Source: the human T2T-CHM13v2.0 reference genome, Homo sapiens
Reading direction: 5' to 3' (one strand)
DNA: 64,000 bases
NCBI RefSeq assembly: GCF_009914755.1
Contig: NC_060930.1
The notes under the pieces are model-generated. The model did not search any database, was not told the origin of the DNA, and was given only the letters and a program-made list of their open reading frames with translations. This document shows positions 43,026 to 59,685 of the stretch, in pieces. The first letter of the stretch is position 1. Each line of letters begins with the position of its first letter. Made by a program: the position numbers and the translations under genes.

Positions 43026-44037
43026 ATGGGGAGAAACCAGAGCAGAAAAGCTGAAAATTCTAAAAACCAGAGCTCCTCTTCTCCTCCAAAAAAATCACAG
43101 CTCCTCGCCAGCAATGGAACAAAGCTGGACTGAGAATGACTTTGATGAATTGACACAAGTAGGCTTCAGAAGGTCAGTAATAACAAACTTCTCCAAGCTA
43201 AAGGAGGATGTTCGAACCCAAAGCAAGGAAGCTAAAAACGTTGAAAAAAGATAAGACAAATGGCTAACTAGAATAAACAGTATAGAGAAGACCTTAAATG
43301 ACCTGATGGAGCTGAAAAGCATGGCACGAGAACTATGTGATGCATGCACAAGCTTCAATAGCCGATTCGATCACGTGGAAGAAAGGGTATCAGCGATTGA
43401 AGATCAAATGAATGAAATGAAGAGAGAAGAGAAGTTTAGAGAAATGAACAAAGCCTCCAAGAAATATGGGACTATGTGAAAAGACCAAATCTACGTCTGA
43501 TTGGTGTACCTGAAAGTGACGGGGAGAATGGAACCAAGCTGGAAAACAATCATCAGGATATTATCCAGGAAAACTTCCCCAACCTAGCAAGACAGGCCAA
43601 CATTCAAATTCAGGAAATACAGAGAACACCACAAAGACACTCCTCGAGAAGAGCACCCGAAGACACATAATTGTCAGATTCACCAAGGTTAGAAATAAAG
43701 GAAAAAATGTTAAGGGCAGCCAGAGAGAAAGGACGGGTTACCCGCAAAGGGAAGCCCATCAGACTAACAGCAGATCTCTCAGCAGAAATTCTACAAGCCA
43801 GAAGAGAGTGGGAGCCAATATTCAACATTCTTAAAGAAAAGAATTTTCAACCCAGAATTTCGTATCCAGCCAAACTAAGCTTCATAAGTGAAGGAGAAAT
43901 AAAATCCTTTACAGACAAACAAATGCTGAGAGATTCTGTCACCACCAGGCCTGCCTTACAAGAGCTCCTGAAGGAAGCCCTAAACGTGGAAAGGAACAAC
44001 TGGTACCAGCCACTGCAAAAAACATGCCAAATTGTAA
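43026..44037 (+). pseudogene. L1 ORF1p remnant (frameshifted)
   Basis: atggggagaaacc start; KRPNLRLIGVPESDGENGTKLEN and KEKMLRAAREKG fragments lie in different frames. Confidence 0.9.
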
Positions 44038-44100
44038 AGACCATCGAGGCTAGGAAGAAACTGCATCAACTAACGGGCAAAATAATCAGCTAACATCATA

Positions 44101-47877
<3,777 letters not shown>

Positions 47878-48744
47878 ACAATGAGAACACTTGGACACAG
47901 GGTAGGGAACATCACACACTGGGCCCTGTTGTAGGGTGGTGGTTGGGGGAGGGATAGCATTAGGAGAAATACCTAATGTAAATGACGAGTTAATGGGTGC
48001 AACAAACCAACATGGCACATGTATACCTATATAACAAACCTGCACGTTGTGCACATGCACCCTAGAACTTAAAGTATAAAAATATATATATATAGACTCT
48101 ATAAAACAGAAAAAGAAAATAATTTATCAGTTTTTGCCAAAAGACAATAGAAGTTATGAAATTATAGGTATTTATTCTTATGCTTTCTAGTAGACTGAAT
48201 GAGAGGCTCTGGCGGAACTAGCTCAGAATTTGAGACAGGTCAAATAATGTAATTGTAATAGCTAAGGTTTTTCAACCTTGGCCAAGTACTTTATCTTAAA
48301 TTTCATTATCAAATCTCTGAATAGAGGTGATAATTTACCCGTTTTATGGCTACATATAAAAAAATTGACATTTGGATACAGTAAGTAGCATGCCCGAATT
48401 AGTTTATGGCGCTCCTGATCCTAGGACTCATCGTGTCTTTACTGAACCTTTACTGATGCATGTCCATATTCCCCTCAGCTGGTCTCTCTCTCTTCACCGT
48501 GGTTCTACTCTGGGCTACCTGTGAACACTGGTAACCTCAATGAGTTGCAGTTGTCTCATAGAACAATGATGAAAAGATATTCGTGGACCTGGATCATTAT
48601 GGTGAAAAAAATGGTTTGTTAAGAGCTTAGAAAATAATAGGCAATCAATTATTCTAGTTCTTTCCATATTTCAGAATATATATCACCTTGAGCAATATAA
48701 TAAATCATTTTTCAAACTTTTTGAACCACATATTTGATGCCCAG

Positions 48745-49240
48745 TCTCACAATGGCATTTCTATGTTCTGCTTTATATCTAATGGAGCTGGAAAAAGTTG
48801 TTTTTGAGAATCCTTTGACAGATGGTTTCTTGTTTAGTTTTGTCAATTGAAGGCAATCACATGGAAAAAGTAAGTGGAAAGGAGAAGGTGATTTCTTTCC
48901 TATTCGTTTCTGGTTCTGACATTGGAGTGGTAGGTGACTGCTTATGGCTGTGAGTTCCTGGACTTCTGCAGGCTCAGTGTGCATATGGGACCCTGACTTC
49001 CTATTATAGCAGTTCATAAAAAGTGCTCTAGCAGCCTCCAGGAGCTCCCAGAACACCCTTTGCTCCTCCAAACTTAGATGAGCCAGTGACTTTCTGCAGT
49101 TACTGATTTCAAGGTATCTTCATCTTTCTTTTTTGGTTCCTCCAGTTTTCTAACACTTTCACCACCATTTCACTACATTAGAGTCTCTGTCTGAAATACT
49201 TAAGGTGGTTTTTGTTTTCCAAAGAGAATCTTGCTTGACA
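48745..49240 (+). mobile_element. LTR33-like ERVL LTR
   Basis: The 3' end tctgtctgaaatacttaaggtggtttttgttttcc...cttgaca resembles LTR33. Confidence 0.45.
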
Positions 49241-50112
49241 AACTTCTGTGAAAATACTTCAAACTTTTAGGTTATAATTATATTAAACTGATACAGGAAA
49301 ATGTGACATTGCAAAACATAGTTGCTGCCTTGATGACCTTAAGCAATTTCCTTTATGTGATGGAGTACATTGTTTAAGGGACTATTTTGTTAAAATAATA
49401 AGCTAGCTTAAAAAACCTCCACTGTTAAAATACAGCATTTATTCTTATCTTTTAATACTATGGTCAATGAAAGGTTATGTCATTTAATGAAACAAGCATG
49501 GACTTTGGAGACATCAGAGCTACTACTGTCAATATAAGACATCTAAAAATTAATAAATACATATTATATACATACAACCAGGTTAGGAAATAAATGCATC
49601 GTTGACTTTATAGTCAAACTATAAAGTTTAACTCAGTGACTCTTGGGGCTATTTTCTAGCCATACATTATCCTAATTCAGTTGTAATGTCTGTGGGCAAC
49701 GCAGGAACATTAAGAACCATTAGAAGAGAAAGCATTGATAATCACAGTAGGTAAAAGAAAAACACAAGCTAAACTGGCTAGTGTACTATTATTTGCAAAG
49801 GAGTTCTACTAGAAAATAATATACTGTTTGATTACTGTAAGTAGAACATCAAATGATAGGACAGAAACCAACCTATGTATCAGCTCTGGAAACAAAGTTT
49901 TTAATTAAAATAAACAAAGTTTGCTTTCCAAAGCTTCCTCTTGGTTTGATTTCCATTCATCTGCTAGCTATAATGACTGGTACATTCCTGAATCTGGTTT
50001 GTTCTGTTTCCAGGCATATGAGAAAGTTGTGTCCACAGCTATCAGATGGTTGCCGGCATGTGAAAAGGGAAGAAATTTAACTTAGAGTTGGTAAGCAAAA
50101 TAGCCCCAGACA

Positions 50113-50602
50113 AGCATTCTTATTTGGTCTCAGGACCCTTTGACAGTGCTAATTTATAGAAGACCCCAAAAAACTTTTATGAGCTAATCAATATTTACCA
50201 AATTAAAAGTTGAAATTGAGAATGGTTTACAATATATACTAATTCATTTAAAAATAAGACTCATTGTATTAACATACTTTATTAAAAAAAAAAACACTAC
50301 ATTTTCCAAAACAAAGCTAACTGAATGAAAGAAGAGTGCAGTTTTACTTTTTTTTTTTTTTTACATCGTTTTAATGACTGGTTTAATAGATATAGTCAAA
50401 TTCTCATATCTGCTTCTATAATCAATCTATTGCTACATCACATACCATGTAGCTTCTGGAAAACTCCACTGTACATTTGAGAGTGCAAGTAAACAAAGCA
50501 ACTAGAGTCTTAGTATTATTATAAGAACAATTTTCCCTCAGACACTCTGCAAGAGTCAAAGGACCCCTATGGGTCACTAGATAACACTTGGAACACCGCC
50601 GC
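50113..50602 (+). mobile_element. Charlie4a-like hAT element
   Basis: tttggtctcaggacccttt...gaccccaaa...atctgcttct...gtagcttctggaaaactccactgtaca. Confidence 0.65.
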
Positions 50603-51210
50603 CCTAAACTAGCCACATGAGTGGTTTCAACGTACATTCTATTGTAACACATCATTTTCTCATGCATTTTCATGGATGTCTTCAGATATTAAGTAAACAA
50701 AAAAAAATGCTTTGATCCTTAAGTAAAACAAATAACATTGGACAATTTTTGAGTGTTGGAAGGATAAATGGAGAAGAGTAGGTGCCTGGAGATGTGTGGT
50801 ATTCAGCAAAGTATTTTGTAAGTTGTGGGAAATAGACAATAAGCTATAAGCAAACAGGCAACTGGGTAATTCCTAGCAGTCAGCTGCAACTTCTTTACCT
50901 TTGATTCAATGAAGCAAAATGGAATCCCAGTGACAGTAACATTATTACAGAAATACATTGAAACTGTTAGGCTCTGATTTATTTAAGCAAATAATTTGAA
51001 GTTTTGGTACTTAAAATTACTGGAAACCAGTTACTCTTAATTACTGGAAACCAGCACTCTGACAATGTTGAGAGGTGCTGTCCTGTGTTATTCAAAGATA
51101 TAAACTTCTATCTTTCTTTCAAGTGGCTGATGGAGGTAGGGTGTATAGTATTCCATGCATTCAATTCTGCTTTTCATATGCAACTACTGAAAAATGAGAA
51201 GTTCACTTTT

Positions 51211-51305
51211 ATTCATATATATATACAAATGGGGATATATTCATATATATATATAAATGGAGATATATATATATTCATATATATATATAAATGGGGATAT
51301 ATATA
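51211..51305. repeat. Three-copy ~30-bp AT-rich minisatellite
   Basis: Unit attca(ta)n(c/t)aaatgg(g/a)gatat. Confidence 0.85.
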
Positions 51306-51337
51306 CACACTCACATACACAAATGTGGTTTCTGGGG

Positions 51338-51621
51338 TTTTTTTGAGACGGAGTCTTGCTCTGTTGCAGTGCAGGCTGGAGTGCAGTGACACGATCTCGG
51401 GCAACTTCCGCCTCCCAGGTTCAAGCGATTCTCCTGCCTCAGCCTCCCGAGTAGCTGGGATTACAGGCGCGTGCCACCATGCCCAGCTAATTTTTTTGTG
51501 TTTTTAGTAGAGACAGGGTTTCACTGTGTTAGCCACGGTGGTCTTGATCTACTGACCTCGTGATCCGCCCACTTCGGCCTCCTAAAGTCCTGGGATTACA
51601 GGCGTGAGCTACTGCCCGGCC
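51338..51621 (-). mobile_element. AluSc/Y-like with small internal indels
   Basis: Antisense Alu containing gacctcgtgatccgccc. Confidence 0.92.
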
Positions 51622-51627
51622 ATGTGT

Positions 51628-52420
51628 GTATTCATTCATTCATTCATTCATTTACTCATTCATGTAACACATATTTACAGAGAACCTCTTTAAGTGTGTC
51701 AGGCACTATTCCTGGCAGTTGAGATACAAAACAGAACACACATTCCTGGCCTCCTGTGTCTTGCGTCCTAATGTGATGAGAAATATGATGAAGATTAGTA
51801 AGTAAAATAAATTATCCATTACACTGTGATAAGTATTAAAAAGTAAAGGAGGAAATATGAAATATTGGGAATGGAAACATCATGACTTAAAATATGCTGA
51901 CAAGTAGAGGGACTGACTGAAGAGTTGGACATCTGAGCACATATGGAGGGAGCATGATGGGGAAGAGTGTTCTAAGCAGAGGAAACCACAACTGCAAAGA
52001 CTATGAGGTTGGCAGCTTGTGGAGAGCTTTCTGGGAATACAAAGCTGGGTAAACAGTCTGTGGGGTCAAAGAGGTAATGAGGGGAGGATTTTAAAGCCAT
52101 CGTTAGGACTTTGGTTTTTACTTGTGTTGGGAAGCCACAGGAGACTTTGAGCAAAGGAGTGGTACGATCTCACTTCTTTTTAAGTAGATTTATTTAGGAT
52201 TCTGTATTAAGGATAGAGTCAAAAGACTAGTTCCTGGTCTACCGTAACACTATAATCCAAACAAGAGATGATGCAGATTGTAGCGGAGGTGGTAAGTAGT
52301 TGGATATACTTTGAAGGAAGAGCCAACAGGTTATATGCCAAATGCATATAAGACATAAAAGAGAGGAGTTAAAGGTGGGTTTGAACAAGGAAAGATGCAA
52401 CCATTTACTGAAATACAAAG
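51628..52420 (-). mobile_element. L2 3' end with (TTCA)n tail
   Basis: ttcattcattca...caggcactatt...ggaagccacaggagactttgagca...atccaaacaagagatgatg. Confidence 0.75.
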
Positions 52421-52469
52421 ACCTTGGGTATGAGTGAGAAGGGGTTGAACTAGCTGACATCTTACAGTC

Positions 52470-52625
52470 TGTGCCTGGATTCAAATCTCAGCTGTGTGTG
52501 TCTCTCTCTCTGTAAAATGGGAATAATAATAGTGCCTACCTCATAGTTTATCATGAGAATTAAGTGGGTATATATGAATAAAGCACTTAGAGCAACACCT
52601 GGCACATTGTTAGTTAATATTAGCA
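52470..52625 (+). mobile_element. MIR
   Basis: ctgtaaaatgggaataataatagtgcctacctcatag...aaagcacttagagcaacacctggcaca. Confidence 0.85.
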
Positions 52626-53639
52626 TTACCTCTTCAAGCTGGAATCTTCGAGTACATATCAAATTTTAGCTATTCTCTGTTCATGGGCTGTGTAGGATAG
52701 AGGGACAAAACTGAGTGGCTAATAAGAAGATAAAGATAGAAAACTAAGCTTAAAGTTAAAGGATATACACTTCAATATTTCTACATGTATGGAACAGTAT
52801 TGCATACACGCGCAAGCATCACTGAACTAGATGCACCCTTCAAGAGATTGGGTTACATATTGATATATATGAATGAGAACCCTGAAATAAACTGACTTCA
52901 GAGGAATAACAGAAAACATATACATTTCTATACCTATAAGGACACTGAAAACTTCCAATCCTGAATCAAACAGTTAATGAAATCCCAAAATGCAACACTA
53001 ATGCAAATGAGAAGACGCTGTCATAGAATGTTGAAATACATACTCTTCTAAAGATAAAAGGTCTGCTCTTCCACCCTCTTCATTTTCCTACAAATTAGGA
53101 AAATTTAATCAGTTCTGAAAAAGGAAATGTACATGCTAAAATGGTGAATTACTGCTAGAGTTCTGATGTTTAAAACCACAGGCTTGCGATCAAAATAACC
53201 TCTTTAATTTTAGATTATCATGCAGATTAATTTCTTCAGTTTCTCAGGCACTATTCTGTTTTTTTTAAAAAAAGGGTGGGGTTTCAAAAGAAAACTAATA
53301 CTCATTTTTTCCCCGATTAAATTGCTCAACCATTAAAAAGGAGAACAAATTGGAAAGTCCTACAGTACTCTCTCCCCTCCGTCCCCCCCCTCCCCATTTT
53401 TTTTCTTGAAAGGGAACAAGCAGTACTTTTGCTAAGGGATCTTTAAGCCGAAACTCAGCTAGGCGCCCCAGAGCTTCCTCAGGATAGCAAAGCTGGATTT
53501 TTGAGCAGCACCACCTGCTGGTCCTACACACGTTTTACTTCCTCCACCCCAAATCTCTTTCTGTTGGAACTGCACTCTTTCAGAGCCTCTGGGCCCTAAT
53601 ACAAAGCAAGCACACTCTAAAGAAGCCAGAAGAATGCAA

Positions 53640-54430
53640 GCAGCGAAGTCGCCGCTCCCCACAGGCAAGAGAGTACCGGCAGACAGCGGCGCGAGACAGG
53701 GGCAGAACGATGAGGCGCCGGAGTGAGCTCGCCGGTGCGGGTGCGGGTGCGCGGCGCGTCGCGGCCCCTCCTCCGCGACGCGCCGGGTGGTCACGTGACG
53801 GCCGCGCGCGTTCCCGGCAGCTGCGGGCTCCGAGGCCAGAGAGAAAAGACTGCGAGGTGGCCGCAGCTGTGGCCGGAGAGGTGGGAGTCGGAGCGAGGCC
53901 CTCTCGGGGGAGCAGGGTGAACGCCGGCCACTCTAGGATCCTCACTCGGGGAGAGGAGGCATAGCTCGCGGTGTCACCTCCAGCCGCAACGTACTCCGGG
54001 TCGGCCTTGCGCTCGGGGCCTGAGAGGGGCGGCGGCGGGGTCAGGGGCCGGTACGTAGATGGACGCCCTTGGGCTGGCGCGGCCCCGGCTGTCCGCGCAG
54101 AGGCGGGATGGGACAGTTCAGCCCTTTCCGCCACCCCCGCCTTGGCTGCTGGGGCAGGCAAGACGACCGTGACAGCCCCTGCGCTGCCCGAGGGCGCCGC
54201 AGCCCCTGCCCTGGGTGACGGCCGGAGCTGGTCTCGGTCCGGGTGCGAGGGGCGGAGCAGCGGCCATTACTGCGCAGCCTCTTCCGCCTGAGCCCGCTTC
54301 GCTGCCTCGGGTGGCAGGCGGGTCCCTCTCCTCCCCTCTGGGCCGTGGTTTTAGGCCTTTACCCGGGGACCTTCTGGCCTCGAGGTGTAGGGGCGGCGAT
54401 GGTTTTTCGGCGGTAGCCTGCTCCATGTTT
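53640..54430 (+). promoter_or_regulatory. RNF146: CpG-island promoter of a + strand gene (probably RNF146)
   Basis: About 800 bp of non-repetitive, very GC- and CpG-rich DNA with GTCACGTGAC at 53790-53799, a GC-box-like gcccctcctcc and downstream splice donors. The island is clear from sequence; the gene name rests on recall of the 5'UTR gccagagagaaaagactgcgaggtggccgcagctgtggccggagag. Confidence 0.65.
53810..54050 (+). other. RNF146: Non-coding first exon (5'UTR) with alternative donors at 53880 and 54050; TSS approximate
   Basis: GAG|GTGGGA at 53880/53881 and CCG|GTACGT at 54050/54051. There is no ATG in the interval, and intron-like sequence follows to the end of the window. Confidence 0.55.
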
Positions 54431-57400
54431 TCCCGTGTGGGGTCAGACAGTTTGGGCCTTGGGTCAGATCGAAGCCAGGGCGTACAGTCTGCATTTTTGC
54501 CTTTTCCCGGAGTGTCTCTGGCTGCTGCTTTCTCTTCTCTCGCTCTTCCTCCTTTTTTTTCTCCTGCTCAGTGTCTCGGTCTTGCCTAAAACGAAGAGAG
54601 CAATCCCTGCACCTTGTCCTAGTGAAGCCCAGCGCTGCATATTCTTAGTTGTTTTTGACGGCTGTTGAAGCATCGGAACAATTAAGAGATCTCAGAATAT
54701 CCCTTGAGCCTCCAAACCCTCTGCATCTTAAAAGCTGAGGCTGTTGCTTTGTTCTGATTGTTGGGTGGGGAGTTCTCTTCCTACCCTCCATCCCGTCTGA
54801 AGGAGTGTGGGTCTTCCATTGTTGTCGCTATTTATTTTGCTAAGGCTTCTAAAGAATGTAAAATTGTTTTAAGAGTGGAGACGGAACCGTCCTCTCCACA
54901 GGTAAAACCTACAGGACTGTAAGTTTACACACACATCCTGGCAACTAGAATCTTTTCTCGTTAATCATATTGGTATATGTTTTAATTTATTTTCTCTAAG
55001 TGCCATTTTAGTGAGCACTTATTTCTCAAGTTTTGAACATTTTGTTTAATATTTTTGTAATATCGAAACAGTGTAGAACTGAGGAGAGAAGAAAGCCCAA
55101 AGATGATAGGGAACGCTTTGTTCTTTGTATGATTGGCATTTCAGGTAGTGGGCACATCCCCCCCACCTCGTGTGTGTACTTTTCAAATGGGATGTGAACG
55201 TATAATATTGGCATTCAATCCAGTATATAATTATAGAATTTGGAAGACTTAGGACATTTTAGTCAGTGAATCTATATTTAGACTTTTCAAAGACATGGCA
55301 CGTAAGGACACGTGGAGAAAATGTCCCACACAGATAACAGGATTTGTGATTTTGGCTTTGCTGTTTTATGATTAGCAAATATTGTTTGTATAGAGTGTCT
55401 GGGTGCCCTAAAAACACATGAAAATAGGTCAACTAAATCTCGTTTTAAAGAGAAAACCGGAAGAGTGAACACCACTCTAAAAATAGATTTTGGATGTGTT
55501 TGTTTTGGTGCCTTGTATATCTTAAAGTGGAGGATGTTGTTCAGCCCAATCTTTCATTTAGAATTTATGTCTCAAATGAGCCAGTGTATCATGTGGGCAG
55601 ACTGGAAATACATTTAAATATTTTTTTTCTTCGCTGGTTGTTCAGAACTTGGTAGAATTATAATTATCAGGAAAACTCTCTCCAAATAGCTGGTCTTTTA
55701 GACAAGAGAAGAAAAAAGAAATAACTTCTTTTAAAAGGAGATGTCAACTTACAAAGTGTTTTGTTTCAGTCTCCACCAACCTAACTTGTCAGAGGAAAGG
55801 AACAGACTTTTTTTTTTAAAGGATCCAAAACGATATTTTGAGTCAAAAGAAGAAAAGGATATTAAATCTTTTGTTTTCACAATATCGATCTTTTTAAAGA
55901 ATATTATTTTATATGTTAACCATATACTACCAGGAAACATCTAACAGCACTGACAGTTGGGAATTCGAATGCGTATTTTTCTCCCGTGTTAGTAATAGAA
56001 GGTACTGAGCCTTTTCCATTCTCTTGGTTGCCTTGTGCCTGAGGAATCTGAATTTGTGAAACAACATCTTTGTGGATATAGAAACTAATTTATGTAACAC
56101 TTGGCTACAACCACCTGTGCTTACTTACGGACTATCTTTAGTTTTCATGGCGTGTTACCTTTTGGGTTAATTCAAATCCAAAATGTTGTTAACGGACTGC
56201 TAATTAAAGTATTTAGAACTTAGAATTACAGAATTATAGAGTAGGATGAGATAACAAAAGACTGGGGGTTATGACTTGACCAAGGTCACACAGATAATTT
56301 GCCAAAGAGCTTTCTTATTTATGAAATGGTTGCTGGCTAAGAAACATCTGTGTGTGATATGATTAAAAGACAATATTCGTTCACTTTTACATCTCATGTT
56401 TTGAAATAAAATGCAAAGCTCACTTTTTTGTTGTTTTGAGAAAAATTAAAGGGTTTAATGGGCTAGTATAAAGATTGTGAAGGCAGTAAGTAGACTGCCA
56501 CATAGTAACGTCTTAAAGGGAAATAATTCTTTAAAGTATCAGACCCCATTTAGTTGAAATGAGTTTTGTCTGAAGTTTCCAAGTATGACCTATGCTTTTT
56601 CTTAGCTAATTTTTAGCAGGAGATGATGAGGGCTAAAAGTTGAGACATTAGGGCATTTAGTTACATCTCTCAATTTGTGACTGGTTTATAAAAAATACTA
56701 AGATGTGTCTGCTAACTCACACCTGATTTATCTACTCCTTTTATGTATATATAATTTTTTTTGAGTTGTGTACCAAAAGTTGGAACATTTCAAGTATTTT
56801 TTCTTTCTGTCACTGAGTGATTTCATGTAGAACATTTACTGTTTTGTGTATTTTGAATAAATGGCAAAAATCTTATTAAACATTAGCTGTTAATAATTAG
56901 AAAAATACAGTAAGTCTTCAAATATTTATAATTGATATTTGTCTTTGTTTTTATATGTATTTATATTGATGTTATATGCTCATCTTTTTCTTTGATTAAA
57001 GATAATCGCTTGCTTGAATCTATTACCTGAAAAAAACTCTTGACTTTGATCTTGTGACTGACTTGAAAAGTGGGAGTATGAGTATTTTGAGTTGTTACAA
57101 ATTATAAATGGTACAATATTACTTCATTTTTAGTTGTATTTATTTTTCACTTATTTGAATGGGTCAAGATTTAAATTCATTGATAATCCCTAAACCCCTT
57201 TGTGTATTTTTAAGTTTTACCTGTCACTGTTTTTTTCCTCCAGAATTGTTAGGGGCAAAGTATCTAATTTGGTTTTAGACTTTTTCTTTTTTTTATGTTA
57301 CCTTCTTCATACATCATCATATTAAGTTTGGTGTAAAATTTACAGGTCATTCATTCCAGTAGGAATTATGTATGTTTGAGTTATTTATGTTTGGCAAATT

Positions 57401-57590
57401 AATTCTGGCCTGTAGTTGAAATCATACTGTTCTGTTTTACATCCCCCTATTGGTTAAAATAAAAGCATCCCTTCTCCTCCAACTTTAAAAAAACTTTGGT
57501 TTCAAATAATGTGGGAGTTTTCTGAGGGCTTCTTCACATGATTGTTATAAGTATTACATGTATGCCCTATTTTGTGCCCAGTTGAAATTA

Positions 57591-58300
<710 letters not shown>

Positions 58301-58523
58301 TATAAATTCTCAGAGTTAATAGGTGATGGGTCAGTTTGGCAGAATTGGGGCTACCTAAACCCATTAACTTTGATTATAACAGAATATGCAGTTTTCTTTT
58401 TTAATGTGTCTTCGGCAAAAGTCTAGGTAAATTAACATTGAATTCATTGTCTCTATTAAACAATTCCTGTAGTGACTTGTCAGTTTTGTATTTAACAAGA
58501 TTAATATGCAAGACATTCTAGAC

Positions 58524-58980
58524 CAGCATTGCCCAGTAAAGTAGCCACTAGCCACATGGAGTTATTGAGCACTTGACATGTATCCAGTCTGAATTAAGTT
58601 GTGCTGTAAGTGTAAAATACACACTGGATTTCAAAGAAGTATGCATACGCTTACCCAAGAACATAAAATATTACATTAACAATTTATATTGAAACATACT
58701 GAAGCAGTAATGTAGAAACGTTGGATTAAATAAAATATATTATTGAAATTAATTTTACCTGTTTCTTTCTATTATTATTTTTGTAGAAATGGGGGTCTCA
58801 CCATCTTGCCCAGGCTGGTCTATAACTCCTAGGCTCAAGCCATCCTCCTGTGTCACTACCCACAAAGTGCTAGGATTACAGATGTGAGGCACCATGCCCT
58901 GCCTCTTTTTATTATTAATGTGACTAATAGAAAATTTGAAATTGCATACGTGGCTTGCATCATATTTCTATTAGATAATA
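58524..58980 (-). mobile_element. MER33 with an internal FLAM/Alu left monomer (58771-58903, -)
   Basis: gtagccactagccacatg...gtgctgtaagtgtaaaatacacactggatttc...aattaattttacctgtttc. Confidence 0.8.
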
Positions 58981-59069
58981 CGTGACCTTTTCTGTGAGAG
59001 ACAATACATTGTAGAAAGACATTTTTAAAGGTAAATTTGAATTTGAATCGCATCTCCCAATATTGATGG

Positions 59070-59320
59070 CTTTGACTTTGGGTAAGTCATTTAACTTCCT
59101 GAGCTTAGGCTTCCTCATTTGTGAAATAGGTATAGTCATATTTCACAGGGTTGTTTTGAGGATTCAGTGACATATGGATTTGGTAGTGTTTCACTAACTA
59201 ATATATGTGAATCACTTGGAGATCTGGTTCTGTAGGTCTAGGGTGGCACTTAGGATTTTCATTTGTGAAGAGCTCCCAGGTAGTGCTGATAGTACTAGTT
59301 GGGAATCCCAGTTTGTTTGT
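59070..59320. mobile_element. MIR fragment followed by a MER5-type MITE
   Basis: gggtaagtcatttaacttcctgagc...; gtaggtctagggtgg...gctcccaggtagtgctgat. Confidence 0.65.
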
Positions 59321-59685
59321 ATAGCTAGGATCTAGAGCATTATGTTAGTTTTAATTCATTTTCCTTCCCCAGCGTTTATCCAGTTAGTCTGCACTTTGAA
59401 AAAATTATTCATGAGGATATAGAAATTGAAAAAGTCACCAAAGCATGCAAGATTTACTAAAATTATATGAACTGTGGACTCTTAGGGCTGCTGTAGGATT
59501 CCTGTTTACATCTGTTAAGTTTTTTGTCTGCTTTTATCTGGAGTCACTTTTATTGGTTGCATAAGATGGCTAAATCTCAGCCAAGAAGAACCTGGTTGTG
59601 TTGTTCTACGCAAATGTATTTTTGAAAGATAATGCATAATGAGAGGTGAAATAAAAGAATGCTCAAAGACAATAAGAGGGCAGTA

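Noticed and set aside
53459-54673. ORFs of 65-193 aa over the CpG island
   Set aside because: They overlap in all frames, are A/R/G/P-rich and mostly use non-ATG starts, which is typical of CpG-island artefacts.
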